In this document: positions 39,633 to 52,978 of the stretch, in pieces
Layout of the letters: every line of letters begins with the position of its first letter
Position numbering within the stretch: the stretch's first letter is position 1
Source: Eledone cirrhosa
Lineage: Eukaryota
DNA length: 64,000 nt
Direction of reading: 5' to 3'
Assembly: GCA_964016885.1 (NCBI GenBank)
Contig: OZ024744.1
Span: forward strand, 55,118,001-55,182,000
The notes under the pieces: model-generated
Told to the model about the DNA's origin: nothing
Seen by the model: the letters and a program-made list of their open reading frames with translations, nothing else
Database searches by the model: none
Program-made: the position numbers and the translations under genes

Positions 39633-39700
39633 TTTGGGGGAAACGGAAATAGGTTGTTTGAAGTTCATACTTTGCCTAAGGATATTGATGATGTTGTGGA
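39633..39700. repeat. 68-bp segment present as an inverted copy at 41854-41921
   Basis: TTTGGGGGAAACGGAAATAGG...GATGTTGTGGA versus its reverse complement; one mismatch seen. Confidence 0.92.
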
Positions 39701-39949
39701 TGCCGTAAGGTTAAATGCTAAAGAAGTTGTAAGTCATAATGACAATGAATTATCATCACTGATATTTTCCACATTTGCATGGGTTAGAATAGATGTCCCA
39801 TTGTGAGACAAGTCAGATCAGGTGACCATGTCTTGCTCATAAGGAACTGTTTCTGGTTTGGTTTCTACGGCTGGATGCCCTTCCTAACACCAATCACATT
39901 ACAGTGTGAACTGGGTGGTTTTTATCGAGGCACCAAAACAACCATCTCT

Positions 39950-40990
39950 TATAATAATAATAATGAAATTATTGTGTACAGTGCTCAGGTGCACTACAAC
40001 TCATCAAAGGTGCGTGTATAGTACATAGAATAATGTACAAATGTCAGGAAAATGAACAGTGTACGAGTCACGAAATACATGTGTGCGTGTGTATGGAGGT
40101 GGGGGAGGGGGGGCATCAGGTGTAGTGTTGTCGAAACTCAGGAAGCATGGAGGTTTTAAAGGATGCAGTGTCTCGACAGCTAATAACTGATGCAGGTAGT
40201 TTGTTCCATGTTTCAGCAACTCTCAGCATGAAAAAATGTTTCCGGAAGTCATGGGAGCTGTGCTGTTTTCTGACTTTGTAGGCATGCCCACGTGTGTTAG
40301 ACTCATGGAAATCAAAAAGGTGCTCAGGGTTGTTGTTGGCAAGATGGTTAATAATTTTGTGGGTGTTTACCAAGTCAGTTGCCAGACGTCAGAGCTTCAA
40401 TGTATCCATGCCCAAGGAAGCAAGGCATTCAGAGTATGGTAGATGCCTGATGGAGGGTATTCGCTTGGTTGCACGTCTCTGAACAGTTTCCAGGAGGTCA
40501 ATGTTCTGAGCACGATAGGGGTTCCAGACTGGTGATGCAAATTCTAAGTGTAGGCCGCACCATAGCCATGTACAGCTTCAAATAGATAGCTGGAGAGCAG
40601 CTGACAAAGGTCTTGATGAGTGGTGCTAAGACACCCTCGGCCTTCTTGATAATTTTAGAGACGTGCTTCGTCCAACGCAAACCGCTGCTGACAGTAATAC
40701 CCAGGTCACGTTCACAAGAAGACTTCTTGATATTAGTGTTGTGGAGGGAGTAAGTGGACGTTGGGTTTTTACTCCCAAAATGCATGGTGGTACACTTGTC
40801 CACAGCCAACTTGAGTTGTCAGTCCATGGTGCATTGTTTCATTGTGTCCAGGTCTGATTGCAGGAAAGATCTATAGTGTTCAGGGTCTGTCCTTTTTATC
40901 TCAAGGTACAGCTTGATGTCATCTGCATATTTCAGTACTATGGCATTCTTTAAGTTGGCATCTATGTCATTAATATAAGCCACAAGTAGA
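39950..40990 (-). mobile_element. CR1-clade LINE 3' fragment
   Basis: YINDID...KYADDIKLY, LQSDLD, KCTTMHFG, ERDLGI, VQRRATK, TRGHAYK, RVAETWNKLP; (ATT)n tail. Confidence 0.9.
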
Positions 40991-41422
40991 CTGAGTGCTG
41001 CTTCATTGTGCTACTATCACGATCATCTACAGAGTGGACTGGGTGCTTTTTCAGTTATAACATTTAAAAAAAATCAAGATTGTGACAATTTGGAAAAAAA
41101 TAAAAATAACAAAGATAGTTTTAAATTATGTTTCGAAATGTCAAAAATAAAATAAATTCTGTAAAACCAGAGCACAACTGAAGTGAAACCATTCTAACAT
41201 CACTAGAATGGAATGGACTCTTGGTTTCGATAATTAATGTTCCAGTTGTTTAATCTACAGAGCAGCCTGCTTGTGAAATTAATGTACAAGTGGTTGAGTA
41301 TTCCACAGGTAAGTGAACCCTTAACATCATTCTCAGTGAGATTGAGCTGAAATTTTAAATTACATGTGCAGTCCACCCTGTAGTATAGTCTAAGTGACCA
41401 AGTATTCCACAGACGTGTACCA

Positions 41423-41633
41423 TTAACGCTTTAACATTTACATTACCCTATATTTACTTTTATATTTTTATGGTAAAGGCTTTACCTCACATAATATCAA
41501 ATCTATGAAATTGATATTTATTTTGAGGACAATACCTTAACATAAGTAAGAGTGGCCGGTTACAGCCGGTTTGAACAGAAAGAGGTGGGAGAATTATGGC
41601 TAGATATGGCCAGTTTAAATGTTAAAGGATTAA
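41423..41633. mobile_element. TTAA-flanked MITE, family 1, opposite orientation, inserted into a SINE
   Basis: The host repeat ...CACAGACGTGTACCA|TTAA|AGTAATGCTCAGGAAGATTCAG is split exactly at TTAA. Confidence 0.85.
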
Positions 41634-42030
41634 AGTAATGCTCAGGAAGATTCAGTGTTACACAATGTGCAACAAGGCTGACCCTTTGAATTACAGGTAG
41701 TCCATCTGACCAGCTTCCATACAGTTTCTGACATCTCCATTTCACTCAATGTTTAAATTGACCTGAGGCTATGATAAATGACACTTGACCTAAGATGCCA
41801 TTCAGTGGGATTGAACTAGGGAGCCTACTTCTTGAGCCTTTTACCATACTGCTTCCACAACATCATCAATATCCTTAGGCAAAGTATGAACCTCAAACAA
41901 CCTATTTCCGTTTCCCCCAAATCTACTGGAACTTGTCGTTAATAAAGATAAATGCTGGCGTGGGTTGGATAGGATCATTTTAAGAATTAATTTTTAAAAT
42001 GTGTAATAGCTTTAGCTGTCTGTTTCCATA

Positions 42031-42286
42031 TCTATATATATAAAAACGAAAATGTCTATGTATGTATGTATGTATGTATGCATGCAAGTGATGCATTTCC
42101 CCAATCTCCATCCGATTTTGTTCGAAATTGATACGCAGGTTATTTAGCTCCCGGAACATGGCAAAATATAGTTTAAATCTTGCTCTCCCTGGGGCTATTT
42201 AAAGATGGCCATGTTGAGGAGAGAGGGAGGGGTCTTTATTTACAGTGGCGAAAGATGTGCCAAGCAACGACGGGTTTTTTTGCTAG
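42031..42286 (+). mobile_element. Short non-autonomous Helitron
   Basis: 5' TCTATATATATAAAA, internal (TATG)n, subterminal degenerate hairpin CCAAGCAACGACGGG, 3' CTAG; inserted between A and T with no TSD. Confidence 0.75.
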
Positions 42287-42385
42287 TTTCTAATAAAAAG
42301 ACTCATGATTTTCAAATATTTTGTCAACCAGGAATTTGAAGGGTTTTAGTAATACAACTAACTTCCCATTATTAAGATGGTGTTT

Positions 42386-42559
42386 TGGCAGTATCGGTGG
42401 AGGGTCGGACGCCATGCTTTCCAGCATAGTTACGTCCCTTTACGATATGAGTTCAAATCCCGCCGAGGTTGACTTTGCCTTTCATCCTTACGGGGTCGAT
42501 AAAATAAAGTACCAGTAATGCACTGGGTAATTGCTGGCCTTGTGCCTAAAGTAGAAACA
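42386..42559 (+). mobile_element. Young Meta-domain tRNA-SINE with 18-bp TSD
   Basis: Nearly identical to 27011-27181; TSD ATTATTAAGATGGTGTTT at 42368-42385 and 42560-42577. Confidence 0.88.
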
Positions 42560-43789
42560 ATTATTAAGATGGTGTTTGAAGCATAACAAAAAAAATTTCA
42601 TATCAAAACTTTCCATCATAATTTTAACTCATAACATCCTGTACCACATGAAACTGCATTAGCAAGGCATTCTTTTGAAAAAGTACAAAACAGCACTTAT
42701 GAGACTACATCACACGAAAGATTAAAGTTTTTACTCTGTGTATTTTAACAAAAATATATCTACTAGGACAGATCTAAACATTTGAATTAAGAAACGCATT
42801 TTTAGATATTTCTTGCTGAATCATTTCAGGATGTTAAGAGTTTAAACAAGCAGTTTTCTGTCACAGAATAAGACCAGTTTCAAGTAGGTTGGTATCAAAA
42901 AGGTTTAATTTGAGAAATATTTAAAAAGAAAAGAAACGCCCTATATTTTATCCGAGTGCTGAATGTTAATACTAATGTAGCTGAACATATAATCTCTGGT
43001 ATCCAAGAAACATGATGATTAAAGTAATGTTCAGCCATTTCCATACCATTTAATTCACTAACATGAACTGACAGTGTTCATAAGCCAAAATTATTATTTT
43101 CATTGAACCTTTTCATACCAAACCGTCTGTTTCTCCACCACCCGGAGTTCTACAATACAAAACTTTATTTTAAAGTGTACATTTATCTAAAAACCTCACT
43201 TCATAACTTTATGTAAGAGCCTTTGTTAAGTTATGTTCCAAACACCAACTTTAATAATGAAATGAACACAAAACATGGCTAAAATTCAATCTAAAAAGAT
43301 GTGAATAATTAATTTTTTTTAAATTACAATTACATCAAAATCAGTCCTTGCTCCTACTACCTTACACGCCATCAAACAAAAAAAAATTACATCAAAATCC
43401 AGTGTTTGCCACTACCACCATACCCTTATATAAACATTATTGCCTCTCTCTTCTCTCACTATCTTTAAATAAACACGATACACCGCTAACTAGAACATAT
43501 ATATTGAATAGGCATTACACAGTTACACACACAAGAAAAACAAAAAACTGTCACATACCATCTACAATATATATGTGTGTGTGGATGTAACTAAGATTAA
43601 CTGTACATATATGTGTGTGTGCATAAGTATATATATATAAGGTTGTATATTTACATATATGTATGTTTATAAGGTGGTCACGCTGGTAACAACAAAAAGG
43701 GCCCAGTTCACCCCATAAGATGGTCGTGCCAGTGACACAACAAAAAACACCCAATCAACTCTGTAAAGTGGTCATACTGGTGACACGTC

Positions 43790-44215
43790 CATTCTTCCAT
43801 GCTAACATGGGTTAGACGGGTGGTTCTGTTGTATGCAATGCCAGGTCAGGTGATCATGTCTTACTCATACAGAATTGATTTTGGCTTAATTTCTACAGCT
43901 GGATGCCCTTCCTAACACCAACCCTTTTTGTTGTGACACCTACACGATCACTTTACAGAGGGAGGGGGATGGGAGTATACTGTCTATATGCTTCAGCTTC
44001 GGCTTGTACCCGTGGGAATTCGGGTCTTCTGTATTGCTGCGTAATGCCAGAGGTCTCGGTCCTGTGTCATCGCCTTTGAGAGGTGCAATTGGGCAAGATC
44101 AGCTTTTATCACCCCATCCCGGGTTTTCTTGGGTCTCCCCACTCCAAGGCTTCCATCAACTTTTAATGCTCTGCACCTCTTTATGTAGCTGTCATCCTTC
44201 ATACACATCACATGT
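43790..44215 (-). mobile_element. RTE subfamily B 3' end
   Basis: MKDDSYIKRCRALKVDG...GRPKKT plus B-type 3' UTR. Confidence 0.85.
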
Positions 44216-44944
44216 ATGGGTGTATAATTTGTATTTCAATGTGAATTGCTTCATTTGTTTTTGTACAACTTATTGTTTCTTCTCAAATACACTGAAACAA
44301 TATATTCTGTATTTTCACATCCATTTCTTTCTATGTTTACATAGGTTGAGATGAGGCATTTCTGGCAGGTTTTCTAGAGCCAGATATGTTCCCAGATGCC
44401 AACTATGAATTGAGCAGGTCTTGTTCAGCAAAGCACCTCACCGTTTGTTAACTCCATTAAGTTCAGCACCCCAAGATCAGCTTTCAATACTTCCAAATCC
44501 TCCTATTTAAATCTTTTGGCACTTTCTCATCCTCCATATGCATCACAGCTGTACAGGTGTTATTTCCTCTCATACACCTTACAACTAGTGTCTTTTATAT
44601 CAATTTTTCTCTTGGCTTATTTGTGTTTTATTGTTTCTGTATACATCCAGTGGAGCATGCTTGCCATCACTGGTTTTCTAGTAGACTGTGCGGAAACTAT
44701 ATTGTCAAGGTTTCAACCAGTAGAAAAGCAATATCAAACAGTGCTGTGAAATGTAGCTCAGAGCATAGTGGGATATGTAAATCATCACCCTGGTGATCTC
44801 ACTGCATACCTGGTATACTTAGAGTCAACACAGCCTGGACACTGATCCAGGAGTCGGTAATAAGAAAGTAATCTGAATCCAGTTCAAATAAAGAATTCAA
44901 AATTTCTTGGAACTGCAATCACATAAATCAAAAGCTAAGACTAC

Positions 44945-45952
44945 AATCATCATCATTTTACGTCCATGTTCCACGCTTGCATGGGTTTGGACGGGAGTTT
45001 TTCCACTCGAGGCAAGAGTGGATGACTTGCTCGCATAGGACTGTCTGGCGGGTTTTCTACAGCTGGATGCCCTTCCTAACACCAACCACATTTAGTGTGG
45101 GGCTGGGAGGTTTTTACCGTGTTGCCTACACGGCCACATTACAGCGTGGACTGTGTTTTTTTGTCGTGACATCTACACGATCTCATTTGTTTCGGCTTGG
45201 ATGTTGTGGCACCAACATAACTTTACATTGAAGGGGCTGTGTGGATGGGGTGGGGGTGGTGGGACGGGGGTGTATTTTGTTAGAGATGCCTACTGGCTGT
45301 AGGTTTTACTTTGTATTTAGGTAAGGCGGGTCTTCTCTATTACTGAGTACCGCCAAAGGTCTCGGTCCAGTGACATTGTCTTGGAGAGGTTAAAGTGTGT
45401 GAGGTCGGAATTTATCAGCTAGTCCCAGGTTTTTCTGGGTCTGCCTACTCCGTGGCTACCGTCAATCTTTATTGCCCTGCACTTTGTTATACAGCTGTCG
45501 TCTTTCATGCGCATCACGTGTCCATACCAACGTAGCCTTCTCTCGAGTAAACAACATCTGATCCCTCTTATTTCTAATTTTTTCCTTAGTTCGTTTATGC
45601 TTTGCTGTTCACGTATATTACTATTACACATCCAGCGGAGCATGCAAGCTTCGTTCCTCTCTAGTCTGCGTATATCCTCTGCACACAATGCCCAGGTCTC
45701 ACTGCCATGCAACATTGCTGTTCGTATGCAGGCATCATACAACCTACCTTTCATTTTTAGGGAGAACCCTTTAGCAGCTAATAGTGGTATAAGCTCTCTG
45801 AACTTTTTCCATCCAGTTCTGACTCTAGCTACTGTACTTTCAGAGCACCCTCCCCCACTGCTGATTTTGTCACCCAGGTAACGGAAGCTGTCCACTATTT
45901 CTATAGAACCCTCTGCACAATTGAAAGAGCTAGTATTTTGTGGGTACTTGCT
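44945..45952 (-). mobile_element. RTE LINE subfamily C, 5'-truncated, with C-rich linker and SINE-like 3' UTR
   Basis: VDSFRYLGD...AMLHGSETW...RRLRWYGHVMR...GRPRKTW; (ATC)n tail at the left end. Confidence 0.92.
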
Positions 45953-47660
45953 GTACAATAATCTGTGAAATACTTTTAACTGCTCCTGGTTTTCTAATAT
46001 ACCACATATTTATCTGAAGACCTTCAAACATAATTTATGTGAGAACCTTTCTTAATTTATGTTCCAAATACCAGCTTTAATAAAGAAAAAGTTTAGTCAT
46101 ATTATTAAATTCCTCCAAATTCTTGATTATTTTCAGATTTATTTGAAAAATCAGTGTCTTTCAATGGAAATATGGTAGCAAAAGGGTTAAAAAAAGTGTC
46201 CGAGCATATCTATAATCTAAAGCCTACCAGTAAAAAAAATAACACCAATTTTTGTGAAACTATAATACATATTTATATAGTTACCAAAAGAAGTCAATGA
46301 GTTATTGCTGAAAACAAATAAATGACAATAACGACATTCCACATAAAACTAATTTCAGTCGTGCCGTGGGACATAAATACCTCATCATCATTTTACTGTT
46401 TTTTTCATACTAGCATGGGCTTGATAGGTTGTTACAAACTAAGCCAGTACTTAATGGGAGCTATTGTCCTCCTTCACCTGCCAGGAGCGACATCTCACTT
46501 CTAGTTTTGGCAGTTTCTACAGCCTTATGTACTTCCTCGGTGCAGCATGACCAAATGGTAAAGAGGTTCACTTCATAATTATTAACTCCCAGGTTCAATC
46601 CCAATGTGTGGCATCTCAGGCAAGTATCATTTACCATAGCCTCAAGTCAACCCATGCTTTGTGAAGGATTGATCTTGTCAAGCTGAATTTCTCTTAGAGT
46701 ACACATATTTATGAACTGCTCAGTCATATGTTAATTTCATGAGCTAGCTGTTCTCTTGATCAAACAACTGGAATACTCATCGTTGAAACCGAGGTCTAGA
46801 GGAATGGTGACCACCACATTCCTATTTCCACCCCTACACACTATCTCAACAAGTAAAGACTCACAACTTAAAGTCTCCCAGACTAACCATGGGTTTACAC
46901 AAGGCACAAGTCAGAGTGTTGTGGAAGACCAGCAGTCACAATTACAACTTCAACCTGCAATTCTAGAGTCAGCGGCCACCCTAAAAATAAACTTCCAGTC
47001 TAAACAGATGCTCCAACCTACTATAAGCTTCCTCCTCCTTACCACCACACTGTCAGAAGCTTTAACTCATTACTATATTTCTAATGAAAGACACTGCTTA
47101 TGTTTTTCCAATAAATCAAGAATTTAGAGTGATTTAGTAATATAACTTTCTCATTATAAAATGGTGCTTTAAGGTAAAATAATGCTGGAAGGTTTTTAGA
47201 TAAACAGAAACACTTTTGTATTGTTGAAACAGAGCCAGCTTCAGAAGGTTTGGTATGAAAATGGTTAACATTTTGGAGAGTCTGGAGTCATAATGAAAGC
47301 AACCAACTAGAGCATTAACACTGAATATAATTCTGCACAAGTCGCAGTGGAGGCAACCCATCTAGGAGAGTAGTAACTCTGCACAAATCTGCAAAGTGGA
47401 ACCATGGACTCCTCAAGCTGAAGCAAAGGCAACTTGTCTAGGAGAGCAGTAACTGAATAATAACTGGCACTGTGTAAAGGAAACATTTTAATACTGATAT
47501 ACAGCTAGCATGGAAGATGGACGTTAAACGATGATGATGATGATTATATATATATATATATATATCACAATCATTACTACCACTTTACTACAACCTCCAA
47601 TGCTATGACTACCACCATCACTTGGATGACCATGAACGACCAAGCATAGATGAGTTGAGA

Positions 47661-48121
47661 ATAAACCACTAATTAAATTATTCAATATCACATTTTTGTG
47701 AATAATAGTCTTGGCTGCAGCTTTCCACTGGCTCGGTGCATTTTATGGTGGCAAGAGTGACAATGGGGAAGGAAGTCTTTGTAATGCAAATACAATAAAC
47801 ACTACAAGTTATTTTTGTTTAAAAACACCAAACTATCAGTTTCCATGACAATTTTTACATACATAACCAATGTACATCATCAAAAGAATTACACACACAC
47901 AGAGCGCTGGGTAAAGAAGTGCCAAGAAATCCCAGTAGAAGGAAGACGTAGTAGAGGAAGACCACGAAAAACATGGGCAGAGGTGGTGAGAGCAGACCTC
48001 AGATCGCTGAAACTCACCGAGATGACGAAGGACCATGACAAGTGGAAAGATGCTGTGCTGAATAGGACCCGTCCCACCCTTGCAAGCAGGGAAAAGCAGA
48101 CATAAAATGATGATAATGATG
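47661..48121 (+). repeat. Composite repeat, copy 2: ~240-bp unassigned head plus RTE-A 3' end
   Basis: Near-identical to 11773-12107; tail encodes RWVKKCQEIPVEGRR...TRPTLASREK. Confidence 0.9.
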
Positions 48122-49769
48122 AATACAATCACTATATCGACAAACCCCATCACCCATTATAAGTGCAACTATCACCACTACTGACATCAGGTCCATGACC
48201 ATTGCCACTATAACCACTACACCAAACATCTCCACAACTATCAGTGCTTTTTGGTATCAGTCAAATGATGCCCAGCCCCTATTACTTGTCTTCAACACTG
48301 TCTTGTCAATAGAGATGATGCAGGAAGAGTAATAATCTTCCTGAGATGTATGGTGTTGATGAAATCAGCAGCCTCTACAAGTTAAGGTGCAATATGTTGC
48401 TGGGTTGACTCAGTGTAGGCAACAAGAGCAACAAAAATGAGCTCCTGAAATGTAGTTAACATTTGTAACCATTTCAATAGTGAACAAGTTAAGTTAGGTC
48501 AGAGCCTATGTTCAGGATAAAGTCCCTCCCAACTCCAGATGCTCATTAGGTTTGAGTCTCTATCCTGGCCATGTGTGGCTGTTAATTAAAAGTTAAAGTC
48601 TGCCCCAAACCCAGATTTTGATCAGGCCAAAGCTTATCTTGTTCAGGAGTGGCTGTTAGTTTAGTTGAAGGTTAAAATCTGTCCCAAGGATACTCATCAG
48701 GCAAGAGTTTATTCTGGTTTCAATGGTGTTAACTGAATGAGAGTACAGAACACCAGTTAATTGTAAACTACGGCTACTCATTTTCAGTTGAATGGAGTGG
48801 AGCAATGTGAAATGAAGTCTTTTGCTCAAGAACACAATGTGCCAACCAGTCCAGGAATTGAGCCCATGACATGATTGAATTCAACACCCTAACCATTTTG
48901 TCACGCATGAACAGGAAAGGTCTGTGGAAAATCATAGAACAACTAGGATGCCCAGAAATTCCTCAACAGTCATCCAACTACATGAAAACCAATATAGCCA
49001 AGTCAGGCACAACAATGAACTCTAAAGGCTTGGCTAAGTGGTAAGGATGCTGGACTCATCAGGTCATAGGTTCGATTCCAGGATTGGATAGCACATTGCA
49101 TTCTCAAGTAAAACGTTTAAGACTAACACATGCTAGCATAGAAAAATGGACGTAAAACAGTGATGATGATAAGATTCCATCATTAAAACACCAAAGAAAC
49201 CTCCAATGAGATGCACCTCATAAGGAACCAACAAAACAAAGAGGTGTGAGCTGTAATAACAAAAACCTTTCCTAAGAAATATTGTGAAATAGGGATGTAT
49301 CCTCAGGACATTGTTCAATATCTACTTCAGTATGATACACATATAGAAGAGGGAACACAGAAAGCCTCAATGAGGATGACAATTTCAACATCTGATCCCA
49401 AAGCAACAGCCTGTTCAACCTCAAGTAACTACATTCCCATACAAAAATACTGGAGCAACTTGTTAAACAAGCCTGATGAAACAATAGTAGCCAGAAAGTT
49501 GGCAATGAAGGGATTCTCTCTCTGGGTGAAGGGTATATTGTGATACATGTATTTATGTTATGCAATGTTTAATGGTTGAAATGGTCATTATGAATGAATG
49601 CAAAAGATATGCAAAGGCTAAGAAGAAATTAATTGAGTAAATTGTTGGATGTGTAATGTTAGTATGCAAGTGAGGATTGTCATCAAAATGCAGAATTCTA
49701 TCTTAAAAACGTCTCACCCAACCCATGTGAGCATGGAGAAATAGACACAAACCTGATGATCACTCACTC

Positions 49770-49876
<107 letters not shown>

Positions 49877-50428
49877 CGGGTTCATTTGGGGTAACTACAG
49901 TAAGTAGGATACTCAATACATTAGTAGAGTGTATACAACAAATTCAATATAAAAATGGCTTCTACAAGACTAGAACTGTTTCATTTGAAGGAATTAATCT
50001 ATATATTCTATGTTTGTGTGCCATTTCTTTTACGTCCATTCTTCCACTTTCCTGTTGTTTGTTTCATGGTCGGATGCTGTTATTACTACGTAACCCTGTC
50101 CTACGAAGCGACCAAAAGGGTTAGCAGCTGGAAGCGTACTGAACAGTAAAACATTGCCTCAAAATGGTGTGCGTGATGTTGTATGTATGCAGCTCTGTAT
50201 GAATATACATGTGTGTGTGTGTATATATATATATATATACGCGTGTGTGTGTGTATATATATATACACACATACATATGCGTCAATACGTGTGTGTTTAT
50301 AAATATATATATGTGAGTGTATTGTGTAAGCAATATACATAGATGTTAAGAACACAAATATTCGCTTGACAGTTTCTAAATAGCACATTGCTAGATGTAT
50401 GCCTGTACGCACACATTTATATATATAA

Positions 50429-50475
<47 letters not shown>

Positions 50476-51607
50476 CATACATACATATATATATATACGC
50501 ACTCACAAAAGAAATAAACCTTTAAACACGTTCTACTTGGTATATAATGTAACAAAAATTATAATTTTTTAAATGCCCATCCACATCCACACGTAGCACA
50601 GTATCAGATAAACATTTATAAATGAAGAATTAGCGCTTCCAAACCATATTTATTCAGTATATTTAAAATTGATTTTATTTTTTTGTTTCTTTGTTCTTTC
50701 TCCCTCCATATTTCAAAAAAAATGTCAAACACTGATTCGAATAACCTACAAGAACGAGCAATGTCGCATTATTATTAACTGAACTGAAATAAAACTATTT
50801 ACTAACCAACATATATATAACATATATCAAACAGAGATGTTCGGCCATATATTTAATGAAACTAGGATGAATAGAAAAGTGAGAGTGGGGCAAAGTACGT
50901 GTGCGATATAGAGAGGGGGAAAGACTATGCGCGTGGGATAAAGAGGGAGAGAAAAAAGAGAGAATATGTACGTGAGATAGGAGAGAGACAGAGGAGGAGA
51001 CACTGTGTGTACGTGCGTTACAGAGAGGGGAAACGGTATGTGTGAGATTGAGAAAGGGGGACAGAATGTGAGAGAGAGAGAGAACGTGTGTGCGATAGAG
51101 AGAAGAAAAGGAGATGGTGGGAGAATTGAGAAGTAGCAGCAGACAAAACACACATCGCCAGAAGACCCTCCTAATCCAAATGCAACTAATTCAAGATGGC
51201 TTGAGAGAGTTTATTGGTTATATCATAAGAGAAAGCGGGCATCACTCACTCAACATCAGCACCACCACATCACTAACAAAATATTCATACCCATTCCGAG
51301 GAGGGAATGAAACCTTATAAAAACACATCGATATAAAACGACAAAATCAACTATAGTCAAGACATAATTATACTAATTTCTTTACTATATATATGTGTAT
51401 GTTTCTCTTCCCCCCCCCCCCCCCCCAGCAATTACTTGTTTATTTGTTTTTTATTATTATTAAAACATTTACATAAATAACTACCATTAGAAAAATTAAT
51501 TCCTACTGAGGACGATAGAGAAATGACAGTTTGAAATATGAGATTAACAATAAACTAGAGATAAGTAACAGCGCTTCTCTTCATCTCTCATTTCATATAC
51601 ACATACA

Positions 51608-51644
<37 letters not shown>

Positions 51645-51711
51645 GCGAGACAGAGAGAGACACACACACAAAGACATATTTTGCTAAATTGATAGTTCGT
51701 CCCCGCTAGCC

Positions 51712-51760
<49 letters not shown>

Positions 51761-52402
51761 TGAAATTATGAGTGTATGATAAGCCGCCCTTAATATTGAA
51801 ATATTAATTAATGTGTAGTTGGTGAGGTTATGATCGTATGAAAAATTATTGACCTTCTGATTCGAATGAAACATGCTGTAAGAGTGTGTGTGTCATGTTA
51901 CCATTTCTCTCTTCCATTTGCAAAATTGATTTTTAATATGAATGATAAAGCAGACTTGTAAGTAGAAAGAGTGCTTGTATTGAATATATGCCACAGACCA
52001 CCACCAACATAGGACTTTTTTTTATGTCGTATTTCTAGCACACAGTTCAAGGTAAGAGCAGGCAAGATATGGCTGTTAGTCAATTGTAGTAGACAAGATT
52101 GGATCCGTCGATCCTCAGACACACGTATCATAAGATACAAAAAAAACAAAAACTATATAAACCCTTATGGATTTCGTAAGATAGTACAAAAGACCTTGTT
52201 TTGTTTTTTATTCTCGTGGAATTGCAACATTCTCAGACACACTATAATAATAATAATAATCTGGATGAATAAATTGTAATGGAAAATACAAACGGTAACT
52301 ACGACGGATAATTTGAAAATCTAGTTTCATTTGGGTCTTTTGAATATATATATATATATTGTTATACTTTGGGAGGGTCATGTTGCTAAACAAATTCAGA
52401 AA

Positions 52403-52480
<78 letters not shown>

Positions 52481-52541
52481 ATATATATATATACATATAT
52501 ATATACTTGCGTGTACATTGACAGAAATAACTCATCGTCTG

Positions 52542-52593
<52 letters not shown>

Positions 52594-52975
52594 ATCGCAT
52601 GTTCCTCACTATCTTTCTTTAACATACCATTTGTCTATGAACGGAAATTTGAATGTATTCGCATTCAAAGAAATCAAAATGATAAATCATAGTTTAAAAT
52701 GGAAAATATATGTATACATACGGTATTACTTGCTTTTTCAAAAGAATGAAAAACGTAACTATATATGTATAAATATACATGTAGAAGTGGTATTAAAAAA
52801 TAGTCAACGTGAAACAAACACATATGTACGCCAACTCGACTTTTCTGTCCTCGACATTTAGTAACGGCACATCATTTCAAGATTATACAATCTGACACGA
52901 ATATATTACAAGTAAAAGAAACACAAATACAATCGTTAGTAAAAAGGCGTGAGAAAATATTTTTAAAACACCTAC

Positions 52976-52978
52976 CAT
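52976..52978 (-). CDS. ARID4: Candidate ARID4 start codon at the 3' end of the first coding exon (ATG|gtaggt)
   Basis: Exon 2 needs a phase-0 upstream ATG. ttcattATG|GTAGGT lies in the CpG-retaining, repeat-poor zone and gives MAGDEPPF. The exon's 5' end is uncertain: either an acceptor ctttttacag| at 53001-53002 or a TSS near 53140-53300. Confidence 0.6.

Noticed and set aside
41845-41922. Candidate 78-nt minus-strand cassette exon ending in ATG|GTAAAA that could supply an alternative ARID4 start
   Set aside because: The polypyrimidine tract is weak and the donor coincides with the A-box region of a decayed SINE head; not supportable without RNA data
45230-45275. G-quadruplex-like run
   Set aside because: Part of the RTE-C 3' linker; G-rich only on the strand antisense to both the LINE and ARID4, with no evidence of function
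48530-48740. Degenerate ~75-bp repeats containing CTGATGAG on the minus strand as hammerhead ribozymes
   Set aside because: No GAAA core or supporting stems found
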